Origin: Neoechinorhynchus agilis
Lineage: Eukaryota > Animalia > Acanthocephala
Direction of reading: 5' to 3'
Length of the DNA stretch: 64,000 nt
NCBI GenBank assembly: GCA_051530055.1
Contig: CM121341.1
Span: forward strand, 13,246,784 to 13,310,783
Shown: in pieces, positions 40,770 to 52,689 of the stretch
How positions within the stretch are numbered: the stretch's first letter is position 1
Layout: the number at the start of each line of letters is the position of its first letter
Program-made: the position numbers and the translations under genes
Notes under the pieces: generated by a model
What the model was told of the DNA's origin: nothing
The model's input: only the letters and a program-made list of their open reading frames with translations
The model's database searches: none

Positions 40770-42430
40770 TATAAACACGTTTTATTAATTTAAGAAAAGA
40801 ACGATCCATACACTTGCCAGCATCTATCTTTGCTGAAGGTGTCTGGATGTCGGATGTTGAGGCAGATAGGTGGGACTTCTCTTTGAAGGAGTTTTACAGG
40901 GGAATGACCGATTGGAGTCTTTCCTTGTTCTCCGGTTGTTAAGGAAAGATTGGGCTTGGGGGAGGAAAGATTTTTGGTAGAGGGTGGTATGAGCGAGGGG
41001 GGATGAAAAAGGTTGGGGTTCTGGGCGTTTACGAGGGAAAAGTATTTAAAGATGAGGGAAGAAAATTGTGGAGGGGGTTGAAGAAGACGGAGGGCGTTTT
41101 TGGAGAAAATGGAGTGGAGGTGGGCGTCGAGGGGAGGGAGTGAAGTCCCGCATATTCTCGCTGCTCTCTTATGGAAGGTTTCGAGGGAATGGAGAGCATT
41201 GAAGGAGAGGGCGAGGAAAGTGGGGAAAATGTATGTAAGGATAGGAAGGATGGCAGAGAGATAAAAGTGGGCAAGGTGTTTAGGGGATACGTTGAGACGC
41301 CGGAGGAGTTTGAGGAGGTAAAGACGAGGGTTTGCTTTAGAGAGTGCAAACGAAATGTTCGCATCCCATTTAAGGTTTTCTTCGAAAGTCAGGCCAAGCA
41401 TTCGGAGAGGAGAGGAACGTTGGATGGGGAGAGCGAGAGGCGCGGGGATAAGATTGCGTTTGGAAATATGCGGGACAAGCTCAAAGGATTTGGATAAATT
41501 TAGGGAGAGGTTTAGGGTGGAGAGCGAGGAAATGAGATGGTTGAGCTCGTCCATGGTTGTGGAGAGGGAGAGAGGGAGATTCGATGGTAATGACTGTGAG
41601 GTCATCTGCATAAAGAAAATATTTGGTAGAGGGAGCGAGGGGATGGAGGTCATTTAGAAAAATGTCAAAGAAGAAAGGGGAAAGTACGGCGCCTTGGGGG
41701 ACCACTTTAAATATTGGTAGAGAAGAGGAGCAAGAAGTTTCACATTGGATATATTGTTTGCGATTGGAGAGGAAAGAGGAAATCCAAGCGAGTTGCCAGG
41801 TTGGGAGGCCAAAGGAAGCACATGATTGGAGGAGGAGGGAGTGATCTACCGACTCAAACGCCCTGGAAATATCCAGTTGCACGAGACGGACGGTTGATGC
41901 TGGACTGGAATCTAAGCTGCACACAAACGTATCGTAGATGCAGAGGAGGGCATCCGAACAAGAGTAATTGGGACGGAAAGCGAATTGGGAAGGGGAGATG
42001 TTTTTGAGGAAGAAGGGAAGTAGGCGGGTTTTAGAAAGGTGAGAGGATAGAGATGGGACGAAAGGATGTGGGGGTAATCGGCTTATCTTTTTTGGGTAGG
42101 GGGACGACACGGGCTTCCTCAAGATACGATGGGAAAGAGCCCAATAGAAAGCTAAGGTTCGTTATGTGCGTTAGAGGATCGATAAGTTCGGGGATGATGA
42201 GACGAATGGCCCGATTTGGGATAGTCGAATTAGGGGAAGAATGTGGGGGCAGGCGTTTAAGGATCTCTAGGATTTCGAGAGGGGAAACTAAGGAAGGGCA
42301 TGTATGAATGGGCGGGTCAAAAAGTGAGAAGGGAGGTTGGGAGGAGGACAGAGGTTTTTATTCATGGAGTTAAGGATTGAGAGGAGATCAGATTTGGGGA
42401 GAGATGCGAAGGGTGTGTATCTACCAAGAC
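40770..42430 (-). mobile_element. 5'-truncated, frameshifted CR1/L2-like LINE (RT region to 3' end); boundaries approximate
   Basis: GSFPSYLEEARVVPLPK, FRPISILS, SQFAFRP, QLDISRAFESVDH, VPQGAVLSP, YADD, LRMLGLTF..LKW, PRLYLLKLLRR across several frames; AATAAA near the 3' end. Confidence 0.9.
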
Positions 42431-43567
42431 CAGTGACATTTTTTATTTCACGCCACCAGTTTCGATTGGGAACGGACGAGAGACGAAACGAAAAACGCCA
42501 AGGTCGAGAATTTACATCGTCTTAATACGATGAAATATTCGAGAATATTAAAGAAATGATTCGAGATGAAGACAAATTTATTGATTTTCTAATAAAGTTG
42601 GTCGGTGTCGGAGATCGGCGAGTAAGGGATTATGAAGAAAAATCGGACACTTCAAGAATTGCTATTCTTTATCTGCTCAAATGTTTTCAAGCTTTCATTA
42701 GAACCGTTTCCCCAATAGCACACTGCAAACCATTTGTCCGTGAGCGTTAATTCGTTATCAATATCCTCGCTGACGTATCGCAAAGCCTTTACGGGATCTT
42801 GAGTCGCAGTGTCCGATTTTTCTACTTCATAATCCCTGATTCTCCGGTCTCCGATGCCGATTACAGAATTAAACGAGAAGGATGAATTTGTGAGCGAAAA
42901 AGATGAATTTTTGAACGAAAAGGAGGAATTCGTTAACAAGGGAAGGCGAGCGGGAGTTCTGAGCATCAGCTCGAGAAAAGCTCCAGAACTTCTCAGCAGC
43001 CTCGACGAATTTTCCACACTTCAATGTCGTTACTTTAACACACTCTTCGCATCTTCATGCGTTCTTGTAGGTTCTTGAGAAAGATGTAAGATGGCGACTA
43101 TTTTATACCTCGATGGAATTTTTTCTGTTCCTTGTATATTTTTTTACTTTAAAGATTAGGACTAGGACAAAAGCGTCACTCGCATGGTGTTTCACGGCCG
43201 TCGAAAGCTTTACTCCTTGACCTGGGTGGAACCTTGAGTGGTGTTTGGCCCGTGGGGGCCGCGTTTGGGTTCAATGCGTTTCTTATGTGTTCATAAATAT
43301 CCCAATGTAGACGACCGGGATATATTGTTGTGCGCATTGGGCAAAGGTTGTTTCGTGGGCGGCATTAAACCTCGTGCAAAGTGGTTTTTCTCGAGACGTC
43401 CGATCTTGGACACTGTTTCGCTTCCTCGTGGCCGGTTGTCCTTGTTAGGATCCGGCATGATTATGGAGTGCTTCTGTGTACTAATTGAACCTCTAGATAT
43501 GTATCATTAAAGAGTCTCTTGATATCGCTCGTTAATTCCTCGCTTACAAATGGGATCCTGAGGATCG

Positions 43568-43950
43568 TTAAGGAATTGCTATTCTTTTCCTTCTTCCTCG
43601 AACGTCCGCCATGCTTAACCAAGGAGATGAGTTCAAAACCCTAACAGCTATCCTAATAGCCTCCGGCAAGGATGAGCAAATTCTTGCAGTCTTATGCATC
43701 GCAGTATACATCGCTTGCTTCATCACAGGCATGCGGTACCATTCAATTGTGGTTTCACCGTCGGCCTTGAATAACTTTTCATCCGCTATCAGCAAAAGTA
43801 TGTTACCTCCTTTATCTCCCTTTGAATTCCAACTTTTTCGAGACCCCAAATTTACAAATTTCGACTTCCTTATCTTCCCTTGCCCACTTTTCCCATTCGC
43901 TGTCAGTTTCTCAATGATACAGCAAGGAACAAGTCAGTACGCCATCATAC
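43568..43950 (-). pseudogene. Possible heavily decayed retroviral-type integrase remnant
   Basis: KQAMYTAM..LPEAIRIAVRVLNSSP..ADVRGR loosely resembles the integrase segment after the catalytic E; catalytic residues not convincingly seen. Confidence 0.25.
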
Positions 43951-44143
43951 TTTCGCAAGCTCAACCTAGAACGAAAGCGTTTCTACCAAAGAGGAAATTT
44001 TTAGTGCACAAAATATTTTTAATAGAAGCTTTTTAGCATATTTCTCCATTTCAAGCCCGTTTGCAAATTTGATCAGTTAGCGAAAATATGACGAAACATT
44101 CGTATCACTTGCTTTACAGATATTGGATTTTTCTAAGAGATTC

Positions 44144-45358
44144 ATGGTAGGAATGGGAAGACTGCCATTAAAAGAAATATCGTGGACATTTCGCACTGTT
44201 GTATCTATAACAGCCAGCAGGCGTTTTCTTAGTTCTATTTCACGGGTAGATTTCCTGTGCCAACAACAAACAAAGTCTACAGAAGTAGCTGCTGGACCAA
44301 AATCAAATCGAATAGTCCGAGCTTTGGCTGCTCTTCGTCCAGCTGAGCCACTAAAGCCGGTAAATATCTATCGACGAGATCCCGATGAAGATGACGCCGT
44401 TATCGAGATCGATTACTGCGGGATTTGCCATTTTGATATTCACAATGCAAAAAACGACTACAAAATGACACAATTTCCAGTTGTTCCGGGACACGAGATC
44501 GTCGGTCGGGTAATCGAACGTGGCAGCAATGTCTCCGATTTCGCAATTGGCGATAAGGTAGCCGTTGGAACCTACGTCGATACCTGCCGAGAGTGCCGAA
44601 TGTGCATAGCAGGGAGCGAGGAATACTGCAATAAACCCGGCGGGCTCATTATGACTTACAACAGTCCATATAAAAAAGACAAACGAAAGTGTACTTTGGG
44701 CGGATATAGCAGGCAGATCGTCGTGGATAAAAATTACATATTTCATTTACCGGAAAATCTTCCACCTGAACGAGCCGCTCCTCTACCTTGTGCCGGAATC
44801 ACTGTTTACATGCCGCTTAAGCGTTACAATGTTCGTAAAGGTTCCGAAGTTGCTGTAGCGGGTCTCGGAGGCCTCGGTCACATGGCGTTAAAACTTTCGG
44901 TAGCCATGGGTGCTCGATGTACGGTTTTAAGTCGGACTGATAAGAAAAAGGAGATGGCAACGAAGATGGGCGTTCATGAATTTGTAGTAACGTCTGACAA
45001 ATCAAAGCTTGCGTCCTATAAAAGACGATTCGACGTAATTGTCGATTCAATCAGTATGTACCATGACATAGACGAGCTACTTGGTCTTTTGAACGTAGGC
45101 GGAAGTTTAGTGTTGGTTGGATTGCCTCCTGAGCAGTATAAATTCTCCGCACGGTCTGTTGTACGAACAAGATCCTTTATAACAGGATCGACAATGGGAT
45201 CCTTGAAGGATATCCGGGAAATGTTTGAGCTTTGCTCGAAGCATGGAATCACCTGCGAAGTAGAGGTTATAAGACCCGATCAAGTCAATGAGGCGTACGA
45301 GAGGGTTCTTAAAGGTGATGTTCAGTTCAGATTCGTGATGGATATGAGCAAGCTTTGA
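44144..45358 (+). CDS. Intronless NADP(H)-dependent Zn alcohol dehydrogenase (CAD/YahK/AdhC-type MDR), copy 1, with N-terminal presequence
   Basis: YCGICH, VPGHE, structural Zn Cx2Cx2Cx7C, CAGIT, GLGGLGH, FRFVMD. First ATG at 44144 (the ORF track starts at a TTG). Confidence 0.93.
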   Translation: MVGMGRLPLKEISWTFRTVVSITASRRFLSSISRVDFLCQQQTKSTEVAAGPKSNRIVRALAALRPAEPLKPVNIYRRDPDEDDAVIEIDYCGICHFDIHNAKNDYKMTQFPVVPGHEIVGRVIERGSNVSDFAIGDKVAVGTYVDTCRECRMCIAGSEEYCNKPGGLIMTYNSPYKKDKRKCTLGGYSRQIVVDKNYIFHLPENLPPERAAPLPCAGITVYMPLKRYNVRKGSEVAVAGLGGLGHMALKLSVAMGARCTVLSRTDKKKEMATKMGVHEFVVTSDKSKLASYKRRFDVIVDSISMYHDIDELLGLLNVGGSLVLVGLPPEQYKFSARSVVRTRSFITGSTMGSLKDIREMFELCSKHGITCEVEVIRPDQVNEAYERVLKGDVQFRFVMDMSKL

Positions 45359-45636
45359 TGTTTGTTATTCCAGAGACCCGAATATATTTCGGTTTGGTAG
45401 TTTGCAGGATGGACATTTTCTGAAGTGTCAAAATAATTGTTGCTACTTTGGCATGTCTCCTTTATATCAAAATAAAATAATTCAATGATAGCTAATAATG
45501 CCATCAGATACTTATGTATTGATGATAAATTCATAAATATAAACGGTTTTGCAAAAACTGCACTTATGATCAACAATTTTCTTCATTTCGTCCATGTAGA
45601 AATGCGCAAACGTGGCCAAACGGTTTAAATGGATGA

Positions 45637-45684
45637 TTGCTGTGGCGGGTCTCGGAGGTGCAGTCACATGGCTTTGAAACTTTC
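45637..45684 (+). pseudogene. 48-bp frameshifted remnant of the ADH nucleotide-binding motif
   Basis: TTGCTGTGGCGGGTCTCGGAGG-TGCA-GTCACATGGCTTTGAAACTTTC versus ADH TTGCTGTAGCGGGTCTCGGAGG-CCTCG-GTCACATGGCGTTAAAACTTTC. Confidence 0.7.
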
Positions 45685-47049
45685 AGCAGAGTTTTTCAGA
45701 GACGAAAACAACGCCCATGTTCGTATTTATGATATGAAGATATCCGTTCATTTAGGCATAGTTTCAAGTGAACGCGCGTCTAATTTAGACTTCATGTTCT
45801 ATTTCCATTAAAATGCTTATCATGTCTTCATGTTTCATAGTGTTCTTATTTTCTGTCGAAATCTACGCATGATATAGATTGGAAAACACTATAACTAAGC
45901 GAATTGGCCGGGACCGCATATTCCGTGAAATGATAGTTTTGCAAGCTTGGCGAATGAGACGAAACGAATTGCAAATGAGTAATGCCACGAGCCTAAATCA
46001 CATTATCTGAGTACGATGAAATGTTTGAGAAGATAAAGGAAATCATAGAGAATTATCGTCGGAGTGAATTCTATTCGAGTTTGGCGATGTATTCCCTCCG
46101 GATTCTTGTTGCTGTTGATCATTTATTCAAAATATTTCGTAAGCTTTCTGCTCTCCTCTTCAGTTATATTGCTTGTAAGTTTTTAAATATTCGAGTCTCC
46201 TGAAAACGTTGGTCAGCGGCGAATACCGTACCGTCCGTGGAAATGATAGTTTTAGGAATAAAACGAAAAGATATGCGGATGAGGACGCGAAAAACAAACG
46301 GATATAAGTGGTCTTTTACGTAGACGATACTTTGGATGATTAGTTCGACGGAAACGGTACATCATCTGAGTAAAATGGAATAGTTAATCAATTAAAGAAA
46401 ATAATCGCAAATGAGGATTAGAAAACGTATATACGCCGCATTACTCTACAGAAATAACGAGATTTACCGTTGATTATGAAAATTTGTGAAAAACCTTAAA
46501 GAGCTCTTAAAGGTGTCTTGTTGATTCCTAATTGGAAAACGGTTCAATTATTTTTGGTGATTGTATCCATCGATGGTACCAATAAATAATTTGGAATTCA
46601 TTCAGTTTTCAGAGGTACACAGAAATCTTTACGGATCTAAATAAAAATAAAACGTCGGATTTCAATTGGAGAAGCAGAAGTGGTCGATAATAGATGAATT
46701 TATTTCCACACATAAAACAAAAATGAACATCGTCCAAAGGAAGACACAATGCTTCGCGCTGATCACCAACTTTAACTTCGTAATTTTGATATGAATTTCA
46801 AAAATAAGAAAAAATCGTGAAAGTTCTTATAAACATACATGAAATTCCTTAAAAGGAAAAATCGTGCTTATGTAGCAGATAATTTTATTGTCGGGTTGAG
46901 AAAGGTATTATCTATTTTCTAATATTTTTTGATAAAATGTCAACGCGGAAACAACTTTTGTAACTCGATCACATCGATAAATCCATCTTTTAGGGTTAAA
47001 AAACAAGAAGCAAAATCCTAAAATACCAATAAACAATTTCTAAATATAA

Positions 47050-50000
47050 TAAAGGACATCGTTTAAACAAGAAGCGATGTATCGCACTGTTTACTAAATT
47101 TAACTATGCAATTTCGATATTTATTTTAGAAATAAGAAAAAAACGAAGCGCGTTCTCGATAAATCCCGCTTCTGAAGTACAACGAAACTGCGTAAAACAC
47201 TAAAATAGAAATAATTTCTTTCCACGGATAAAAAAAGGAAGATCGTCCAAACAAGAAGCGATGTATCGCACTCATTACAAAATTTAACCTTGTAATTTCG
47301 ATACTTATTTTCAAAATAAGAAAAAAAACGAAGCGCGTTCTCGACAAATCCCGCTTCTGAAGAACAACGAAACTGCGTAAAACACTAAAATAGAAATAAT
47401 CTCTATCCGCAGATAAAAAAAGAACATCGTCCAAACAAGAAGCGATGTATCGACCTGATTACAAAATTTAACTTTGTAATTTCGATACTTATTTTCAAAT
47501 AAGGAACAAACGAAGCGCGTTCTCGATAAATCCCGCTTCTTAAGTACAACGAAACTGCGTAAAGTACTAAAATAGAAATAATTCATTTCCAAAGATAAAA
47601 AAGAACATCGTCCAAACAAGAAGCGATGTATCGCACTGATTACAAAATTTAACTTTGTAATTTCGATACTTATTTTAAAACTAAGAAAAAAACGAAGCGC
47701 GTTCTCGATAAATCCAGCTTCTGAAGTGCAACGAAACTGCGTAAAAGACTAAAATAGAAATAATTTCTTTCCACTGATAAAAACGAACATCGTCAAAAGC
47801 AACAAGCGATGTATCGCACTGATTACAAAATTAAAAGCTTGCAATTTCGATACTTATTTTAAAAATGAGAAAAAACGAAGCGCGTTCTCGAATAAACCCC
47901 GCTTCTAAAGAACAACGAAACTGAGTAAAACACTAAAATAGAAATAATTTCTTTCCACAGATAGAAAAACGAACTTCGTCCAAACAAGTAGCGATGTATC
48001 GAACTTATTAAAAAATTTAACTTTGTAATTTCGATACTTATTTTAAAACTAAGAAAAAAACGAAGCGCGTTCTCGATAAATCCAGCTTCTGAAGTGCAAC
48101 GAAACTGCGTAAAACACTAAAATAGAAACAATTTCTTTCCACTGATAAAAACGAACATCGTCAAAAGCAACAAGCGATGTATCGCACTGATTACAAAATT
48201 AAAAGCTTGAAATTTCGATACTTATTTTAAAAATGAGAAAAAACGAAGCGCGTTCTCGAATAAACCCCGCTTCTAAAGAACAACGAAACTGAGTAAAACA
48301 CTAAAATAGAAATAATTTCTTTCCACAGATAGAAAAACGAACTTCGTCCAAACAAGAAGCGATGTATCGAACTTATTAAAAAATTTAACTTTGTAATTTC
48401 GATACTTATTTTAAAATAAGGAAAAAACGAAGCGCGTTCTCGAAAAATCCCGCTTCTGAAGTACAACGAAACTGCGTAAAACACTAAAATAGAAATAATT
48501 TCTTTCAACAGATAAAAAACGAACATCGTCCAAACAAGAAGCGATGTATCGCAATGATTACAAAATTTAACTTTGTAATTTCGATACTTATTTTAAAATC
48601 AGGAAAAAACGACGCGCATTCTCAATAAATTACGCTTCTGAAGAACAACGAAACTGCGTAAAAGAATAAAATAGAAATAATTTCTTTCAACAGATAAAAA
48701 CGAATATCGTCCAAACAAGAAGCGATGTATCGCACTGATTACAGAATTTAACTTTGTAGTTTCGATACTTATTTTAAAATAAGGAAAAAACGAAGCGCGT
48801 TCTCGATAAATCCCGCTTCTGAAGTACAACGAAACTACGTAAAACACTAAAATAGAAATAATTTCTTTCAAAGGATAAAAAACGAACATCGTCAAAAGAA
48901 AGAAGCGATTTATCGAACTGATTACAAAATTTCACTTTGTAATTTCGATACTTATTTTCAAAGTTAGAAAAAACGAAGCGCGTTCTCGATAAATCCCGCT
49001 TCTGAAGTACAACGAAACTGCGTAAAACACTAAAATATATATAAGTTCTTTCTTATAAATAACGAACACCGTAAAAAGCAAGGAGCGATGTATCGTACTC
49101 ATTACAAAATTTAACTTTGTAATTTCGATACTTATTTTCAAAATAAGAAAAAACGAAGCGCGTTCTCGACAAATCCCGCTTCTGAAGTACAACGAAACTG
49201 CGTAAAACACTAAAATATAAATAATTTCGTTCAACAGAATAAAAACGAACATCATTAAAAGCAAGAAGCGATGTATCGCACTGATTACAAAATTTAACTT
49301 TGTAATTTCGATACTTATTTTAAAATAAAGAAAAAAAGGATGCGCGTTCTCAAAAAATACCGCTTCTGAAGTACAACGAAACTGCGTAAAACACTAAAAT
49401 ATAAATAATTTCGTTTAACAGATAAAAAAACGGTCGTCGTCAAAACAAGAAGCGATGTATCGCACTTATCACAAAATTTAACTTTGTAATTTCGATACTA
49501 ATTTTCAAAATAAGAAAAAAACGGAGCGCGTTCTCGATAAATCCAGCTTCTGAAGTGCAACGAAACTGCGTAAAACACTAAAATATAAATAATTTCTTTC
49601 CACTGATAAAAGCGAACATCGTCAAAAGCAAGAAGCGATGTATCGCACGGATTGCAAAATTTAACTTTGTTATTTTTATACTTATTTTCAAAATAAGAAC
49701 AAAACGAAGCGCATTCTCGATAAATACCGCTTCTGAAGTACAACGAAACTGCGTAGAACACTAAAATAGAAATAATTCCTTTCAACAGATAAAAAACGAA
49801 CATCGCCCAAATAAGAAGCGATGTATCGCACTGATCACAAAATTTAACTTTGTAATTTTTATACTTATTTTCAAAATAAGAAAAAAACGAAGCGCGTTCT
49901 CGATAAATCCCGCTTCTGAAGTACAACGAAACTGCGTCAAAAACCAAATTAAAAATAATTTCTTTCCACAGATAAAAAACGAACATCGTCAAAACAAGAA

Positions 50001-52486
50001 ACGATGTATCGCACTGATTAAAAAATTTAACTTTGTAATTTTGTTACTTGTTTTCAAAATTAGAAAAAAACGAAGCGCGTTCTCGACAAATCCCGCTTCT
50101 GAAGTACAAAGAAACTGCGTAAAAGAATAAAATAGAAATAATTTCTTTCAACAGATAAAAACGAATATCGTCCAAACAAGAAGCGATGTATCGCACTGAT
50201 TACAGAATTTAACTTTGTAGTTTCGATACTTATTTTAAAACTAAGAAAAAAACGAAGCGCGTTCTCGATAAATCCAGCTTCTGAAGTGCAACGAAACTGC
50301 GTAAAACACTACAATAGAAATAATTTCTTTCCATGGATAAAAAACGAAGACGTCTAAACAAGAAGCGATCTATCGCAATCATTACAAATTTTTTTTTTGT
50401 TTTTTTGGGGTTTGTTATTTTACTTTTTAATTTCGATACTTATTTCAAAAATAAGAAAAAACCAAGCGCGTTCTCGATAAATCCCGCTTCCGAAGCACAA
50501 GAAAACTGCGTAAAACACTGAAATAGAAATAATTTCTTCCAACAGATAAAAACGAACATCGTCAAAAGAAAGAAGCGATTTATCGCACTGATTACAAAAT
50601 TTCACTTTGTAATTTCGATACTTATTTTCAAAGTAAGAAAAAAACGAAGCGCGTTCTCGATAAATCCCGCTTCTGAAGTAGAACGAAACTGCGTAAAACA
50701 CTAAAATATACATAAGTTCTTTCTTCTTATAAATAACGAACACCGTAAAAAGTAAGAAGCGATGTATCGCACTGATTACAAAATTTAACTTTGTAATTTT
50801 TATACTTATTTTCAAAATAAGAACAAAACGAAGCGCGTTCTCAATAAATCCCGCTTCTGAAGTACAACGAAACTGCGTCAAAAACCAAATTAAAAATAAT
50901 TTCTTTCCACAGATAAAAAACGAACATCGTCAAAACAAGAAACGATGTATCGCACTGATTAAAAAATTTAACTTTGTATTTTTGTTACTTGTTTTCAAAA
51001 TTAGAAAAAAACGAAGCGCGTTCTCGACAAATCCCGCTTCTGAAGTACAACGAAACTGCGTAAAACACTAAAATAGAAATAATTCCTTTCAACAGATAAA
51101 AAACGAACATCGTCCAAATAAGAAGCGATGTATCGCACTGATCACAAAATTTAACTTTGTAATTTTTATACTTATTTTCAAAATAAGAAAAAAACGAAGC
51201 GCGTTCTCGATAAATCCCGCTTCTGAAGTACAACGAAACTGCGTCAAAAACCAAATTAAAAATAATTTCTTTCCACAGATAAAAAACGAACATCGTCAAA
51301 ACAAGAAACGATGTATCGCACTGATTAAAAAATTTAACTTTGTAATTTTGTTACTTGTTTTCAAAATTAGAAAAAAACGAAGCGCGTTCTCGACAAATCC
51401 CGCTTCTGAAGTACAACGAAACTGCGTTAAACACTAAAATAGAAATAATTTCTTTCAACAGATAAAAAACGAACATCTTCCAAATAAGAGGCGATGTATC
51501 GAACTGATCACAAAATTTAACTTTGTAATTTTTATACTTATTTTCAAAATAAGAAAAAATCGATGAGCGTTCTCGACAAATACCGCTTCTGAAGTACGAC
51601 GAAACTGCGTAAAACACTAAAATAGAAATAATTTCTTTCCACTGATAAAAACGAACATCGTCAAAATCAAGAAGCGATGTATCGCACTGATTGCAAAATT
51701 TAACTTTGTAATTTTTACACTTTTTTTAAAAATAAGAAAAAAACGAAGCGCGTTCTCGATAAATCCCGCTTCTGAGGTACAACGAAACTGCGTTAAAAAC
51801 CAAAATAGAAATAATTTCTTTCAACAGATAAAAAACGAACATCCTCGAAACACGAAGCGATGTATCACACTGATTACAAAATTTAACTTTGTAATTTCGA
51901 TACTTATTTTCAAATTAAGAAAAAAACGAAGCGCGTTCTCGATAAATCCCGCTTCTGAAGTACAACGAAACTGCGTTAAACAGTAAAATAGAAATAATTT
52001 CTTTCCACTGATAAAAAACGAACATCGTCAAATGCAAGAAGCGATGTATCGAACTGATTACAAAATTTAACTTTTTAATTTCGATACTTATTTTAAAAAT
52101 AAGAAAAAAACGAAGCGCGTTCTCAATAAATCCCGCTTTTGAAGTAGAACGAAACTGCGTAAACACTAAAATAGAAATAAGTTCTTTCCACAGATAAAAA
52201 ACGAACATCGTCCAAGCAAGAAGCGTTGTATCGCACTGATTACAAAATTTAACTTTGTAATTTCGATACTTATTTTCAAAATAAGAAAAAAACGAAGCGC
52301 GTTCTGGATAAATCCCGCTTCTGAAATACAACGAAACTGCGTAAAACACTAAAATAGAAATAATTTCTTTCCACAGATAAAAAACGAACATCGTCCAAAC
52401 AAGAAGCGATGTATCGCACTGATTACAAAATTTAACTTTGTAATTTTGATACTTATTTTCAAAGTAAGAAAAAACGAAGCGCGTTC
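47050..52486. repeat. ~183-bp tandem satellite, about 30 copies
   Basis: AAACGAAGCGCGTTCTCGATAAATCCCGCTTCTGAAGTACAACGAAACTGCG... at 47141, 47326, 47508, 47690 and onward; diverged longer units flank it (46710-47050, 52487-52680). Confidence 0.98.
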
Positions 52487-52689
52487 ACATAAACATGCTT
52501 GAAAATCTTTAGAATAAAAAATTGTATTTTTGTATCGGTAATTTTTCTATTGCTTTATTAAAAAAGTTCTGTCTTCTTTTATAGACATATTTTAGTAGAT
52601 CAACGTGGTTGCAACTTTGATAACTCGTTCAGATCGAGAAATCCCGCTTCTGAAGTGGAACGAAAAGGCGTAAAGCACTACACACTTCT

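Noticed and set aside
47126-52391. F/S/I-rich minus-strand ORFs
   Set aside because: Artefacts of the A-rich 183-bp satellite.
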